A DNA stretch of 64,000 bases, taken from assembly GCA_016188475.1 (NCBI GenBank), contig JACPHT010000008.1, forward strand, positions 34,489 through 98,488, written 5' to 3'. Numbering within the stretch: position 1 is the stretch's first letter; each line of letters opens with the position of its first letter. The position numbers and the translations under genes were made by a program. The notes under the pieces were generated by a model, which made no database searches, had not been told where the DNA came from, and saw only the letters and a program-made list of their open reading frames with translations. Shown here piece after piece: positions 52,281 to 62,326 of the stretch. The stretch comes from Candidatus Uhrbacteria bacterium (GTDB taxonomy: Bacteria > Patescibacteriota > Patescibacteriia > UBA9934 > GWF2-40-263).

Positions 52281-53833
52281 CAATCTGAAAGCGTCAATAT
52301 AGTCGCCATACCATTTGTGAAAAATGGATCACCTGAAAAATTACTTCCAAGAATCGGAGAGACGAATTGTATTGTTCGAACATTATCAACAACTCCTGCA
52401 TCCTGAAGATTGGAGCTAAGAAGTTCTCGTTCCGTATCAATATCAGGAGCTATACGATGTGTTATTCCCCACTTGATACCGATGTCTAAACTTGCTGTTC
52501 CTACGTAAATCTCACCTTGAGGAGTCGAATATCCTGTATCCCAAAACCTCGCATGATGACGTTCGCGCGCAGATTTTTCATTTGTTTCCTTTTCAAAACC
52601 AAAATCGTTTGGTTGTGAATTATAAAAAGATGGCGTTATCGGAGCGGTCGGATAACTCGCATTATTAAGCGCGGCGAGCGCGATTTCACCGATTGAATCT
52701 AGCGATGGACTGTCAGAGAGAAACCATCCTGCTTTTGAAAAACCATCAACAAGACAACCGTTAATAGGAGCGACGATAATAATATTTACCGGCTCCTGTG
52801 GTTCACCAAGCAGTGTTTCAGAATATTTTGGCAAATTATTTTCCGCAAACAACAACGAAACATCACCAGACAATAATTCACTGTGTGTTGCTCGTTCTGT
52901 TTGGATTGTGAAAACCGGAGCTCTGAAAAAAAAAATTATTACGACGACAATAATGCTCAAGATACTTGGAAGAACAAAAGAGATATGAAATTTTTTCCAT
53001 TCGATCGGAAAACGTTTTTCAGAAAGCAATTCAATCACAATGACAGCAAAAAGAACTCCAGCTAAACCAACAAGATTACCTGCGAGAACATCGCTTATAT
53101 AATGGACACCAAGATACACGCGACTAAAATCAACAAGACCAACAAAAACCGTAAAACATAAAACAATAATGAAACGGGTTTTCCAAGTTTCCAGCTTTCG
53201 CAAACAAAGATAGACAAGGAATCCATAAAACACAGCAACGGTGGTTGCGTGTCCGCTTGGAAAAGAAAAAGAATCTTCAACAATCGCGCGCAAGCTAGGT
53301 CGAGCGCGGTGGAAAAAAGTTTTTCCGATGTAAGTGACACTTTCGCTTAGCGCAATAGCCAACCAAATTCCCACCGCAAGCAATCTATGCCGCTTGTACC
53401 AAAACACGATGGAAAGAACTATTGTCGCAAAAATAATAACACTTGCTTCAGCAAAAAGAGTGGCTCCGTAAAAAAACGACAGCAGACTAATACTGCGAAA
53501 TGCATAAAGAAGATTGGCGACTCTGATGTCAGCGGCAATCAGAGGATCATTTGAAAGAAAGTCTTGTGTAATTCCTAACAAAACAAACACAACAATAAGG
53601 AACGCTAACACAAGAAGCGTTAAAGCAAGTCCTGTGAAACGATTGGTGGCAAGACGAGCCTTCAATCGCTTATATAAGACAGGGTATTTCTTCTCCATTT
53701 TTTCAAACGGAGAATATCCAAAAAAACCTTCTATGGTTTTACATAAACGATTTATTAAAGTCGGTTTTATTTTTTTCTTTTCCATATATCCGACAACTTC
53801 TTGATTTTTGAATTCATCAAGTTTATCAACCAA
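52274..53833 (-). CDS. PAP2-family membrane phosphatase with extracytoplasmic C-terminal domain
   Basis: KTFFHRARP, SFPSGHAT, SRVYLGVHYISD. Confidence 0.7.
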   Translation of the reverse strand: MVDKLDEFKNQEVVGYMEKKKIKPTLINRLCKTIEGFFGYSPFEKMEKKYPVLYKRLKARLATNRFTGLALTLLVLAFLIVVFVLLGITQDFLSNDPLIAADIRVANLLYAFRSISLLSFFYGATLFAEASVIIFATIVLSIVFWYKRHRLLAVGIWLAIALSESVTYIGKTFFHRARPSLRAIVEDSFSFPSGHATTVAVFYGFLVYLCLRKLETWKTRFIIVLCFTVFVGLVDFSRVYLGVHYISDVLAGNLVGLAGVLFAVIVIELLSEKRFPIEWKKFHISFVLPSILSIIVVVIIFFFRAPVFTIQTERATHSELLSGDVSLLFAENNLPKYSETLLGEPQEPVNIIIVAPINGCLVDGFSKAGWFLSDSPSLDSIGEIALAALNNASYPTAPITPSFYNSQPNDFGFEKETNEKSARERHHARFWDTGYSTPQGEIYVGTASLDIGIKWGITHRIAPDIDTERELLSSNLQDAGVVDNVRTIQFVSPILGSNFSGDPFFTNGMATILTLSDCH

Positions 53834-53851
53834 TTTTTTTCAGCATCAATT

Positions 53852-55024
53852 TTATCTATAAATTTTATAGCGAGTTTTTAACATCATCAAAAAAAACACA
53901 AAAAAACTAATGAACGAACCGATAGAAGCTACCTGAAATGCCAGCGATGGAGAAACCATTTCCCAGATTCTGCCGATACCGAATCCTCCTATTATAACAC
54001 TCAATCCGATCACTGTGTGAAAAATGGAATATGCTGTGCCGCGCAATTCAGGGGAAACAAAATCAGCAATAAGCGCTCGACCTGAACCTTCTGTAAGCGC
54101 GTAAAAAATTCCATAAAATGCGAACAATCCGATTACCGAAGTAATAGTTTGCGTATTTGTAAACAATAATTCGACAACTGAAAGAACAAGCCATCCAGCA
54201 GTTATGAATGGCAACTTTCCGTACTTGTCGCTTAAAATTCCAATAGGATAAGAACCGATCGCGTAAAGCAGAGTGAAGCCTGCAAATAAAAACGGAATCC
54301 ACGGTCGCAACAAACTTGTTTCCTGTGCACGAAGAAGAAAAAGAGAATCATTAACTTTTGTGAGCATTGCAATCGCTGATCCAAACGTAAAAATCCAGAA
54401 TGTTAAAGGAAGTTTTTTTGTTTGTGAACGGTCAACAACAATGGACGCGGATGACTCGCGGATACCAAACCATATAAGACAAAGTGCGATAACACCTGGA
54501 ATCGCAGACAAAGCAAAAATAATTCTGTATGTTCCCAAAGTCGGAGTTAAAGATAAAAGGATCACGCCGGCAAGCAATGGGCCAAGAACAGATCCGGCAG
54601 TGTCAACCAAACGATGGAATCCAAAAGCGCGGCCGTGAGATTTTTCTTGGGAGGAATCGGCGACAAGAGCATCGCGCGGTGCATCTTTCGTTCCCTTTCC
54701 AATTCCATCAATCGTTCGTAAAAATGCAACATGAGTAAATGAACCCGCGAACGCCAAAATTGGACGAGCAATAGAAGAAAGCGCATATCCAAAAAAAACA
54801 AAACGTTTACGATTTTGATAACGATCCGAAAAGATGCCAGATACGAATCTGAAAAAACTTGTTGTACCTTGCAACAAACCGTCTATAAGACCAATACCCG
54901 AAGTACTTACTCCAAGTAAAGTTAAATACGCTGGCAAAACAGGAGTTATCAAGTCTTGTCCGAATCCTGAAGCAAGTGCGACAAAACCGAGAATAATAAC
55001 ATTGCGTGGAATTTTTCTGGACAT
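53852..55024 (-). CDS. MFS transporter
   Basis: 12 TM. Cytoplasmic loop motif. Confidence 0.6.
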   Translation of the reverse strand: MSRKIPRNVIILGFVALASGFGQDLITPVLPAYLTLLGVSTSGIGLIDGLLQGTTSFFRFVSGIFSDRYQNRKRFVFFGYALSSIARPILAFAGSFTHVAFLRTIDGIGKGTKDAPRDALVADSSQEKSHGRAFGFHRLVDTAGSVLGPLLAGVILLSLTPTLGTYRIIFALSAIPGVIALCLIWFGIRESSASIVVDRSQTKKLPLTFWIFTFGSAIAMLTKVNDSLFLLRAQETSLLRPWIPFLFAGFTLLYAIGSYPIGILSDKYGKLPFITAGWLVLSVVELLFTNTQTITSVIGLFAFYGIFYALTEGSGRALIADFVSPELRGTAYSIFHTVIGLSVIIGGFGIGRIWEMVSPSLAFQVASIGSFISFFVFFLMMLKTRYKIYR

Positions 55025-55081
55025 AATGTGCTATAATAATTTCATTATAACACTTAACAATAAATCGGCCTCTAAAATTCT

Positions 55082-55207
55082 ATGATGGGATATTATTCAA
55101 GCATGATGGGTTTCGGTTCAGGTTTTGGTTCGCTCACGATCCTGCTCCTATGGATCGTACTTGTCCTTGTTATCGTTGCGCTTGTGAAATACATCAACAA
55201 GAAATGA
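55082..55207 (+). CDS. Small membrane protein (41 aa), not in the ORF track
   Basis: ATG. Gly-rich N-terminus followed by a TM. Perfect terminator hairpin aaaacaccagt-tcaa-ctggtgtttt follows. Confidence 0.3.
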   Translation: MMGYYSSMMGFGSGFGSLTILLLWIVLVLVIVALVKYINKK

Positions 55208-55256
55208 TCGTTGATTATATTCATATAAAAACACCAGTTCAACTGGTGTTTTTATA

Positions 55257-55330
55257 TGGCAGGGGCTAGAGGAATCGAACCTCTGACAGCGCTTTTGGAG
55301 AGCGATGTGATACCTCTTCACCAAGCCCCT
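55257..55330 (-). tRNA. tRNA-Trp (anticodon CCA)
   Basis: Minus strand: acceptor aggggct/agcccct, anticodon loop ctccaaa, T-loop ttcgatt, CCA encoded. Confidence 0.7.
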
Positions 55331-55538
55331 ATGAAATTACCGAAGAAATCGTACTCCGTTTACCAACTTTTTTCAAATGGAACAAACGTTATGAAACCGA
55401 ATTTAAGTCGCCGATGGTTTGACAATGTTGGTCATCTTGGAGCGAGAAATTTATGAAACGTAACCGTAGCTACGTTGAGTAAATTTCTTGGGAAAGATGG
55501 CCAATATTGGCAAATCCAGCAAGACTTGGAGTGCGGCT

Positions 55539-57071
55539 TCATAACGTTTGTTCCATAGGTTTGCCTTCTTCAAACCCAGACGAGGTTTGCACGCCAACAA
55601 CTACGTTTTGAAAAAACATTTCTAAATTTGAAACGCCAGAATAAGTGCACGCGCTTCGCAAACCAGCAGTGATTTCATCCAAAATATCTTCAGCACTTTC
55701 CTGTCCAGATTTCAAATACATTTTTGATTGACTCACACCTTCTTCAAAAAACGTTCGACGTGCGATTTCAAACGGATCCAATTGGCGACTTCGATCCAAC
55801 ACCGCGCGACTCGAAGCCATTCCAAATTGTTCCTTAAACAAATTTCCATCTGAATCGCGTTGAACATCGGCCGGGCTTTCAAATGTCCCAACAAACCAAG
55901 AGCCAAACATTGCGTGACTCGCGCCTGCCGCAAGCGCCAAAACAACGTCGCGGGGAGATCGAACACCTCCATCAGCCCAAACCTGTGCTCCGCGATTTCT
56001 AGCGATAGCTGACACTCGATGTACGGCAGAAAACTGAGGCCGGCCGACTCCTGTTGTCATGCGTGTTTTGCATGCGGCTCCAGGGCCAACTCCGACTTTC
56101 AAAATATTGGCGCCGGCTTCAATAAAATCATCAGCGGCAACGGCGGTTACGATATTTCCTGCGGCCAAAGGTTTGTCAGAACCCAAAATCGCGCGAGTCG
56201 TTCGAATCGCATCAAGCATTTGTTTTTGATGACCATGGGCCGTATCAAGAACAATCACATCAACTCCGATTTGAATCAACCGATCAACAGTATCTGCAAC
56301 GCGATCGCGAACACGCACAGCAACACACGTCATCAGTTCACTTTTTGTGTTCAAGGCAGGCTGATACATTGTCGCGCGAACTGCTCCTTTTCGCGTCATC
56401 ACCCCAGCAAGTGTGCCATCTGGATGAATTACAGGAACGATGGATAATCGACGCTCCGTAAGAAAATGAAAAATTTCTTTTGGTAACATCGTGCTTGAGA
56501 CGCTGATCAGTTGACGAGTCATTACGTCTCCAAGACGTGAATACCGATCGCGACGGTACGAATCCTTTTCAGTAAAAATTCCAACCGGACGATTGTTGTC
56601 GTCAGTAATAACAACAGCTTCATGCGAACGTTTGTGAATCAAGTTGAGCGCTGTTTGAACAGACTGATCTTCTTTCAATACAACAGGCGTTTCATAAACA
56701 TGATGACACTGCTTCACATATCGAACAATATCCTCGATTCGCTCAAATGGAATGTCTTGAGGTAACACGACTAGGCCGCCGCGACGCGTAACTGTTTCGG
56801 CCATGCGTTTACCGGCAACTGCTGTCATGTTTGAAACAACTATTGGAATTTTCGTTCCAAGATTTCCAACAGGAGTCAAATCAACATCCATTCGAGATTG
56901 AATTTCAGAATACAATGGCATTAAAAAAACGTCGTTATAAGTGAGCTCTTTTTGTTCATCTTCAGGTCGCAAGAATCGCATAGAACTCCAGCTTACAACA
57001 AGAATAAAAAAAGCGCATCCTTGTTTGAATGCGCAGTTAGAACTACTGGACAATGAGATGATCCGACTCAA
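55539..57071 (-). CDS. guaB: IMP dehydrogenase family (start probably MRFLRPED; N-terminal extension doubtful)
   Basis: GVGPGAACKTR catalytic loop. CBS pair. TIM barrel. Confidence 0.75.
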   Translation of the reverse strand: MSRIISLSSSSNCAFKQGCAFFILVVSWSSMRFLRPEDEQKELTYNDVFLMPLYSEIQSRMDVDLTPVGNLGTKIPIVVSNMTAVAGKRMAETVTRRGGLVVLPQDIPFERIEDIVRYVKQCHHVYETPVVLKEDQSVQTALNLIHKRSHEAVVITDDNNRPVGIFTEKDSYRRDRYSRLGDVMTRQLISVSSTMLPKEIFHFLTERRLSIVPVIHPDGTLAGVMTRKGAVRATMYQPALNTKSELMTCVAVRVRDRVADTVDRLIQIGVDVIVLDTAHGHQKQMLDAIRTTRAILGSDKPLAAGNIVTAVAADDFIEAGANILKVGVGPGAACKTRMTTGVGRPQFSAVHRVSAIARNRGAQVWADGGVRSPRDVVLALAAGASHAMFGSWFVGTFESPADVQRDSDGNLFKEQFGMASSRAVLDRSRQLDPFEIARRTFFEEGVSQSKMYLKSGQESAEDILDEITAGLRSACTYSGVSNLEMFFQNVVVGVQTSSGFEEGKPMEQTL

Positions 57072-57687
57072 GGTCTGGATTATTATCCACAGCTGGAAGC
57101 TTTGCCTTCTTGGGTTTACAAACGTACTTCTGTTGCCAATGTTTTCCGTCTGGCATTAGATCCGCATCTGTTATTACGGCGTGACCGTCACGGAAAATCC
57201 ACAGTCGCAGTCCCGCGCTCACGAACTTAGCGATCGCTTCCTTATCTTTCGATTGAAGCTCTTTGAATTTCTGCATTGCCATTGCAGCGTCAGCTTCCGC
57301 ATCAGCCGCTTGTCGCATTGCGTGGTTCATCGCAACAACAGCTTCCTGCTTTTCAGCTTCAGCCTGCTTCTGCTTTTCTTTCGCTTGATCTCGTTCCTGC
57401 TTTGACTCTTCAACTTCAGCCTGAAGCATTTGCGAATCGAGAAGATTCTTTATCTCTTCGTCAGACAAACGACCGCCAAGAACCTGTTCGAGTGTTTGTT
57501 CAAGCTGTTCTGCCTTTGCAGTTTGCTCACTAGCTTGCTTTTGTTTCTGAACAAGCACGACAAGAAAGACAATTACTAGCAGAGCCATGAAAAGAAACAA
57601 AACCATCACTGTGATCAAAGCTCCGCCGACAATGTCAGATTGCGCGTCTCCGTGGCTCGCGGTTGTGACTGATTCAAGCTCGCTCAT
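57043..57687 (-). CDS. Single-TM protein with long Q/E/K/A coiled coil and ~60-aa C-terminal domain; partner of the MotA/ExbB-like protein
   Basis: GC-elevated. 4-nt overlap with the upstream gene. Confidence 0.45.
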   Translation of the reverse strand: MSELESVTTASHGDAQSDIVGGALITVMVLFLFMALLVIVFLVVLVQKQKQASEQTAKAEQLEQTLEQVLGGRLSDEEIKNLLDSQMLQAEVEESKQERDQAKEKQKQAEAEKQEAVVAMNHAMRQAADAEADAAMAMQKFKELQSKDKEAIAKFVSAGLRLWIFRDGHAVITDADLMPDGKHWQQKYVCKPKKAKLPAVDNNPDLESDHLIVQ

Positions 57688-58736
57688 GGCGCTCGCCTCA
57701 CTTCGTTTCTTGTCTTCCTTCCTCCGTCTTCAGACGAAACATGAGGAACGAGACGAACACCGCCTTCGACGTATTGCACGTCAAAGTGCATTGTCCCGAT
57801 CTGCGAAAAACGCTCAAGCGCCTCTCGCAAAAGTGGAGCGAGTTGCACATAGACGTCTTCAACGGTACCACTCGCGTGTCCGATATGCACGGCTGAATTT
57901 TCAAGCGTGTTATTCATTCGCGCGCTGAACTCCATCATCTGTCCAACAAGATGACGAAGGGGCTCATGAAGCTCGGAAATATTTGCGAACTTGAGAACGG
58001 TCGTAACAGTCGCCGGCAGAGCCAAGCGCGAAAGAATCTTGTCTTGGATCCAAGTCTCAATTGCAGTGATGCTAGCCATCTCTTTTCCCATTCGATGGTC
58101 AACCCACTGACCGATCCATGCTTTAGCTCCCCAACCGATCACGCTTGTGAAAAACGCGGTCGAGACAGTCCAAAGATTGATCTTGTGCAAATTCGCAGTT
58201 ACTGCCTTGATGAATTCACCACTGTTGGAATTGCCAAGGTCAGAGTCTGGAAATTGAAAGAGCACTGTCGCCTGCGCCATGAACGTGATAAGTCCGATCA
58301 GTGTTCCTATGATTCCTTCAAAACCGATCACATTGATGTGACTTGTTATGCTGGAATATCGCTCACATGTTGAACGACGAAGTGTTGCAAACTCTGCTTG
58401 AACGAACGCGAAGATAGCTGACTCGTCAGTCGCAAGAGCAATTTTTCGAAACAACGCCCTTGCTAGATTTATAATCGGCCCACGTTCTTGCCGTTCAATG
58501 TTGAGCTTGGGAACATTTTCCCTATCAACGACATTTGGCACTGTCACATCAGGAATCGTGTACTCAACAAGTTTTGGCATGCGAAAGAGAATGATCGCAA
58601 GCTTCGCGATCATGTACGCGAGGAAACTCCACGCAACAATGTTCAGTGTTGTGATGATGTCCCCGTCGGAGCGTTCATAAGTGATCGCGCCTGTCGCAAA
58701 TAGGATCAAAAGAGACCAGACTGTGATGGCCATCAT
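57684..58736 (-). CDS. MotA/TolQ/ExbB-family proton-channel-like protein with ~130-aa C-terminal tail
   Basis: 2+2 TM topology. GFEGIIGTLIGLITFMAQ signature region. Confidence 0.5.
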   Translation of the reverse strand: MMAITVWSLLILFATGAITYERSDGDIITTLNIVAWSFLAYMIAKLAIILFRMPKLVEYTIPDVTVPNVVDRENVPKLNIERQERGPIINLARALFRKIALATDESAIFAFVQAEFATLRRSTCERYSSITSHINVIGFEGIIGTLIGLITFMAQATVLFQFPDSDLGNSNSGEFIKAVTANLHKINLWTVSTAFFTSVIGWGAKAWIGQWVDHRMGKEMASITAIETWIQDKILSRLALPATVTTVLKFANISELHEPLRHLVGQMMEFSARMNNTLENSAVHIGHASGTVEDVYVQLAPLLREALERFSQIGTMHFDVQYVEGGVRLVPHVSSEDGGRKTRNEVRRAP

Positions 58737-58845
58737 TAGATTTCTCCTGACGCGATTTATGAATCGCGACCGAGCATATAATCACAATAAGTCGATTGTG
58801 TCAAACGAAAAACCACCCTTTTTACGGAGTGGTTTTTACGCGCAA

Positions 58846-59166
58846 TTAATTGCGCTCTTCGCGTGGGCGTGCAACGTTCACAACGATCTGACGACCGCCG
58901 AGTGTGCTGCCATCGAGTGCATCGACGGCCTTTTGCGCGTCCGCCTCATTGGCGAACTCGACAAAGCCGAAACCACGGCTGCGACCTGTAAACTTGTCAG
59001 TCATGACGCGAGCTGAAGTCACTTCCCCAAATTGGGAGAAGAGCTCCTGAAGCTGTGCATCATCGGTCGCCCATGGCAGGCTGCCCACAAATAGCTTGTT
59101 CTGCATAGAGTAGAAGCTGTTTGTGCTAAGAATTAACGAACCGCTCCTACCTTCTGGAGAGAACAT
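58846..59166 (-). CDS. RRM-domain RNA-binding protein
   Basis: RNP2 LFVGSL. RNP1 RGFGFVEF. Confidence 0.8.
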   Translation of the reverse strand: MFSPEGRSGSLILSTNSFYSMQNKLFVGSLPWATDDAQLQELFSQFGEVTSARVMTDKFTGRSRGFGFVEFANEADAQKAVDALDGSTLGGRQIVVNVARPREERN

Positions 59167-59333
59167 CTCACATGAAATTTAGGTTTGGTCGGCTACAGGA
59201 TAGCATGATATGAAGAGTTTGTCAATGGGATGTACAGTAACCCTTCAAGGGTGTGTACAGTTACCCTTATGAGGTGACAATATGTTAAGTCATGAGAACT
59301 GCGAATACAAAAACCGGCGCGTGGCCGGATTTG

Positions 59334-59489
59334 TTATTTTGTCTCTTTGTGCAGAATGTGCTTTCCACAACGGTTGCAGAACTTCTTGAGTTCGAGTCGT
59401 TCTTTGATTGTTTTCTTGTTCTTGTGGCTACGATAACCGATGGTTTTGCACTCTGTACACTCGAGCTTGATCATGTTGTCTTGGGACAT
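59334..59489 (-). CDS. rpmG: 50S ribosomal protein bL33
   Basis: IKLECTECK...RLELKKFCNRCGKHILHKE. Confidence 0.8.
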   Translation of the reverse strand: MSQDNMIKLECTECKTIGYRSHKNKKTIKERLELKKFCNRCGKHILHKETK

Positions 59490-59586
59490 ATTGGTTTGAT
59501 TTGATGTCGCAAGAATATAGAATATTAACAAATACGTCAAGCCCTTCACAGGAGCTTAGACCTTTGCTATTATTCTCGGCGTCAAC

Positions 59587-59662
59587 GCCGTCGTAGCTCA
59601 GCTGGTAGAGCACATCCATGGTAAGGATGGGGTCTCGGGTTCAATTCCCGACGACGGCTCCA
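59587..59662 (+). tRNA. tRNA-Thr (anticodon GGT)
   Basis: Acceptor gccgtcg/cgacggc perfect. Anticodon loop atggtaa. CCA encoded. Confidence 0.8.
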
Positions 59663-59740
59663 GAACACTTCATAAATACGAAGTGTTTTATTGTTGACAA
59701 ATGGCTAAAGCCAAAGTTTTATGTTACACTAACATTAATT

Positions 59741-60376
59741 ATGAGTTATCCAAAAGCAATTAAAAAATCAGAACAACAAAAAGTGATCAATCTATACAGT
59801 ATTAAACTTTGGAGTGCTAAAAAAATTGCAGAACATTTTGGCATAGGCCTTCAAACAGTATATAGATTTCTACGAGACAAAAAAGTCTCGAGACGAGGAC
59901 CAAGAGAAGCGTCCGAAGCTTTCTTTAAACACAAACCGGAATCATTCAAAATAAAACATAGATTGAATAAAAAAGAAGAGGAATTAAAAATTGCTGGAAT
60001 AATGCTTTATTGGGCGGAGGGTTCAAAAGGATATTCTGTGGTGGATTTTGTGAATAGTGATCCTTTCATGTGTCTCATTTTTATGAGATTTTTGCGTGAA
60101 GTGTGTGGAATTGACGAACGGAAACTAAGAGGGTATATTTACTGCCATCCAGGACAAGATTTGAAAAAAATAACTAACTTTTGGAGTGGAAGCTTAAAAA
60201 TTCCAGTTAAACGATTTTCAAAGCCTTATATTAGGAAACCTGTTGAAGGCAAAACGAACAAACGACCTGCTCGCATGCAATATGGTGTCGTTCATATTCG
60301 TTACGGAGACAAAAAGTTACTTAATCAAATTTTAGTTTGGATTCAGGAATACTTGAAATGTTTCGTGGGTCGGTAG
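59741..60376 (+). CDS. HTH + LAGLIDADG-like (single-motif) endonuclease-like protein; 3' end overlaps tRNA-Tyr by 10 nt
   Basis: HTH LWSAKKIAEHFGIGLQTVYRFL. LYWAEGSKG...FVNSDPFMCLIFMRFLREVCG parallels my recollection of I-CreI LAGFVDGDGS...FQVTQKTQRRWFLDKLVDEIG. Confidence 0.35.
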   Translation: MSYPKAIKKSEQQKVINLYSIKLWSAKKIAEHFGIGLQTVYRFLRDKKVSRRGPREASEAFFKHKPESFKIKHRLNKKEEELKIAGIMLYWAEGSKGYSVVDFVNSDPFMCLIFMRFLREVCGIDERKLRGYIYCHPGQDLKKITNFWSGSLKIPVKRFSKPYIRKPVEGKTNKRPARMQYGVVHIRYGDKKLLNQILVWIQEYLKCFVGR

Positions 60377-60452
60377 CGAAGCGGTTAAACGCACGACACT
60401 GTAAATGTCGCGGCTTATGCCTTCGTAGGTTCGAATCCTACCCGGCCCACCA
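60367..60452 (+). tRNA. tRNA-Tyr (anticodon GTA) with long variable arm
   Basis: Acceptor gggtcgg/ccggccc. Anticodon loop ctgtaaa. Variable arm cggcttatgccttcg. CCA encoded. Confidence 0.75.
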
Positions 60453-60580
60453 GTCGACGTCCAAAATAAGCGATAAATCGACTTATGCTGTGGTCGATAC
60501 CTCAACGTAGGATTTACCTACGTCTAGGCATCGTTCTCGCATCGCCCGATCTCTCATATCATTTTGAATGTCGACTATTC

Positions 60581-60656
60581 GCCACCTTAGCTCAGCTGGT
60601 AGAGCAACACTTTTGTAAAGTGAAGGTCGTCGGTTCGAATCCGACAGGTGGCTCCA
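60581..60656 (+). tRNA. tRNA-Thr (anticodon TGT)
   Basis: Acceptor gccacct/aggtggc. Anticodon loop tttgtaa. CCA encoded. Confidence 0.75.
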
Positions 60657-60671
60657 GAAATCAAAAACCCA

Positions 60672-61523
60672 TCATGAATAATGATGAGTTTTTGAATCCT
60701 CTTCAGTTTGAAGGGTGGTCGTTTTCGAAATATATTCCTCTTTTAACTTCAAAAATCTTTCTTCAAATTCCTGAATCTTTTGATTCTCTGGATTTACTCT
60801 CTTCAACAACTGAATACCGCTTCTGGCGTCTTTTAAGGAACCAGAGACCAAAGCCGACTCAATATACAAGTCCAGATACTTAGGATTTTTTGATCGTTTT
60901 CCAACAGCCTTTCGCAAAGACTCCAGAGCTTGTTTGTTGTTTCCAAGTTTTATTTCAAGCTCGGCCAAAGACACATGAACACTCGCATCATTCGGCGACA
61001 AACGTAGAGTAAACTTTAGAGTCTCTCTTGCTTGTTCATATTCCCCTTTTTTCAAATATAAATTTCCCAATCCTTCGTACGCATCAACACTTTTTGGATT
61101 GTGACTTATAATGTCAATATAAATTTTTTCAGCTGGAATATATTCTTCCTGTTTAACAAGAGCTTCAGCTTCTGTTGTAAGTTGTTTAATTGTCTCAAGA
61201 CTGTACGCGTGTTGTCCTTCTGTTGCGGCTCGATTTAATTTTTGATAGTACTGCTCGATTGCATATAATTTTTGAACAGCCCGCCTACCTGATTTAGAAG
61301 CGGATTTTACAATAGCAGAAATAATTTTAGCAATGACATGAATTTTTTCTTTTCCAACTCTCGATAATTTTTCCATTATTATTTTTTCTTTTAGCTCACG
61401 CGTTCGTTCTTCAGGAATCGAACTGACATCAATCACTCGTAACTGTTGAATTTTTTTTGCTAAAACAAAAACGATCACGATTAAACTTATAACTATGACA
61501 ATTGTTGGAACAATCCAAATCAT
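60672..61523 (-). CDS. Membrane-anchored TPR-repeat protein
   Basis: N-terminal TM. TPR-like repeats. Confidence 0.5.
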   Translation of the reverse strand: MIWIVPTIVIVISLIVIVFVLAKKIQQLRVIDVSSIPEERTRELKEKIIMEKLSRVGKEKIHVIAKIISAIVKSASKSGRRAVQKLYAIEQYYQKLNRAATEGQHAYSLETIKQLTTEAEALVKQEEYIPAEKIYIDIISHNPKSVDAYEGLGNLYLKKGEYEQARETLKFTLRLSPNDASVHVSLAELEIKLGNNKQALESLRKAVGKRSKNPKYLDLYIESALVSGSLKDARSGIQLLKRVNPENQKIQEFEERFLKLKEEYISKTTTLQTEEDSKTHHYS

Positions 61524-62326
61524 ACTTTTGTTTGTTGAGCGTCAAGCACTTCGCTTGCCGCGTCAATAATTTCTTTTAGTTGATTCAACTTCACACTTGC
61601 TCCGCCAACAAGTAAACCATCTATTGTTTGCTCTCTCAAAAATGAATACGCATTGTTTCCTTCAACACTCCCACCATAAAGAACTCGAATTTTATTTGCA
61701 TTCATGTTAGGCAGTACGTCAGATAAAATAGATCGAATAAATTCATTCATAGCGAGTATTTCAGCAACTTCAGGAATTTCACCTGTGCCAATTGCCCAAA
61801 CAGGCTCGTATGCAATCATTAAACGGTCATGACTTTTCAAATGAACTCCATCGAGCACATGAACAAGTTGCGTTCGCACACGTTCTCGTTGTGCGCCAGA
61901 CTTGCGTTCAACAGCTGTTTCTCCAACACACAAAATTACATCCAACTGATTTTCAAGCGCTTGAGCAACTTTATTTCGAATCATCTCATCAGTTTCACCC
62001 AAATATTCACGACGTTCCGAGTGACCAATAATTACATGACTTACTCCAAGTTCTGTTAGCATTCGTCCGCTTATCTCTCCAGTGTATGCTCCATGATCTT
62101 CCCAAAACAAATTTTGCGCACCAAGTTTAACAGAACTTCGCGCAACAACTTTGTGGACTTCGGACAAGGCAATAAACGAAGGACAAATAATAACTTCAGG
62201 CAATGTCCGACGTCCGCGCAAAGCCAAAAGCGTACCGCGCGCGAGCGCGACACTTTCTCTGACTCCTACATTCATTTTCCAATTCGCAATGATGACTTTC
62301 ATATTAAGAACAAAGCCGTTAGCCAT
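61520..62326 (-). CDS. tpiA: Triosephosphate isomerase
   Basis: IANWKMN...GAQN...IGHSERR...GGS. Confidence 0.85.
   Translation of the reverse strand: MANGFVLNMKVIIANWKMNVGVRESVALARGTLLALRGRRTLPEVIICPSFIALSEVHKVVARSSVKLGAQNLFWEDHGAYTGEISGRMLTELGVSHVIIGHSERREYLGETDEMIRNKVAQALENQLDVILCVGETAVERKSGAQRERVRTQLVHVLDGVHLKSHDRLMIAYEPVWAIGTGEIPEVAEILAMNEFIRSILSDVLPNMNANKIRVLYGGSVEGNNAYSFLREQTIDGLLVGGASVKLNQLKEIIDAASEVLDAQQTKV

Noticed and set aside
59618-59740. Track start 59618 for the HTH/LAGLIDADG-like ORF
   Set aside because: It begins inside tRNA-Thr(GGT). ATG 59741 (MSYPKAIKK) is used instead.
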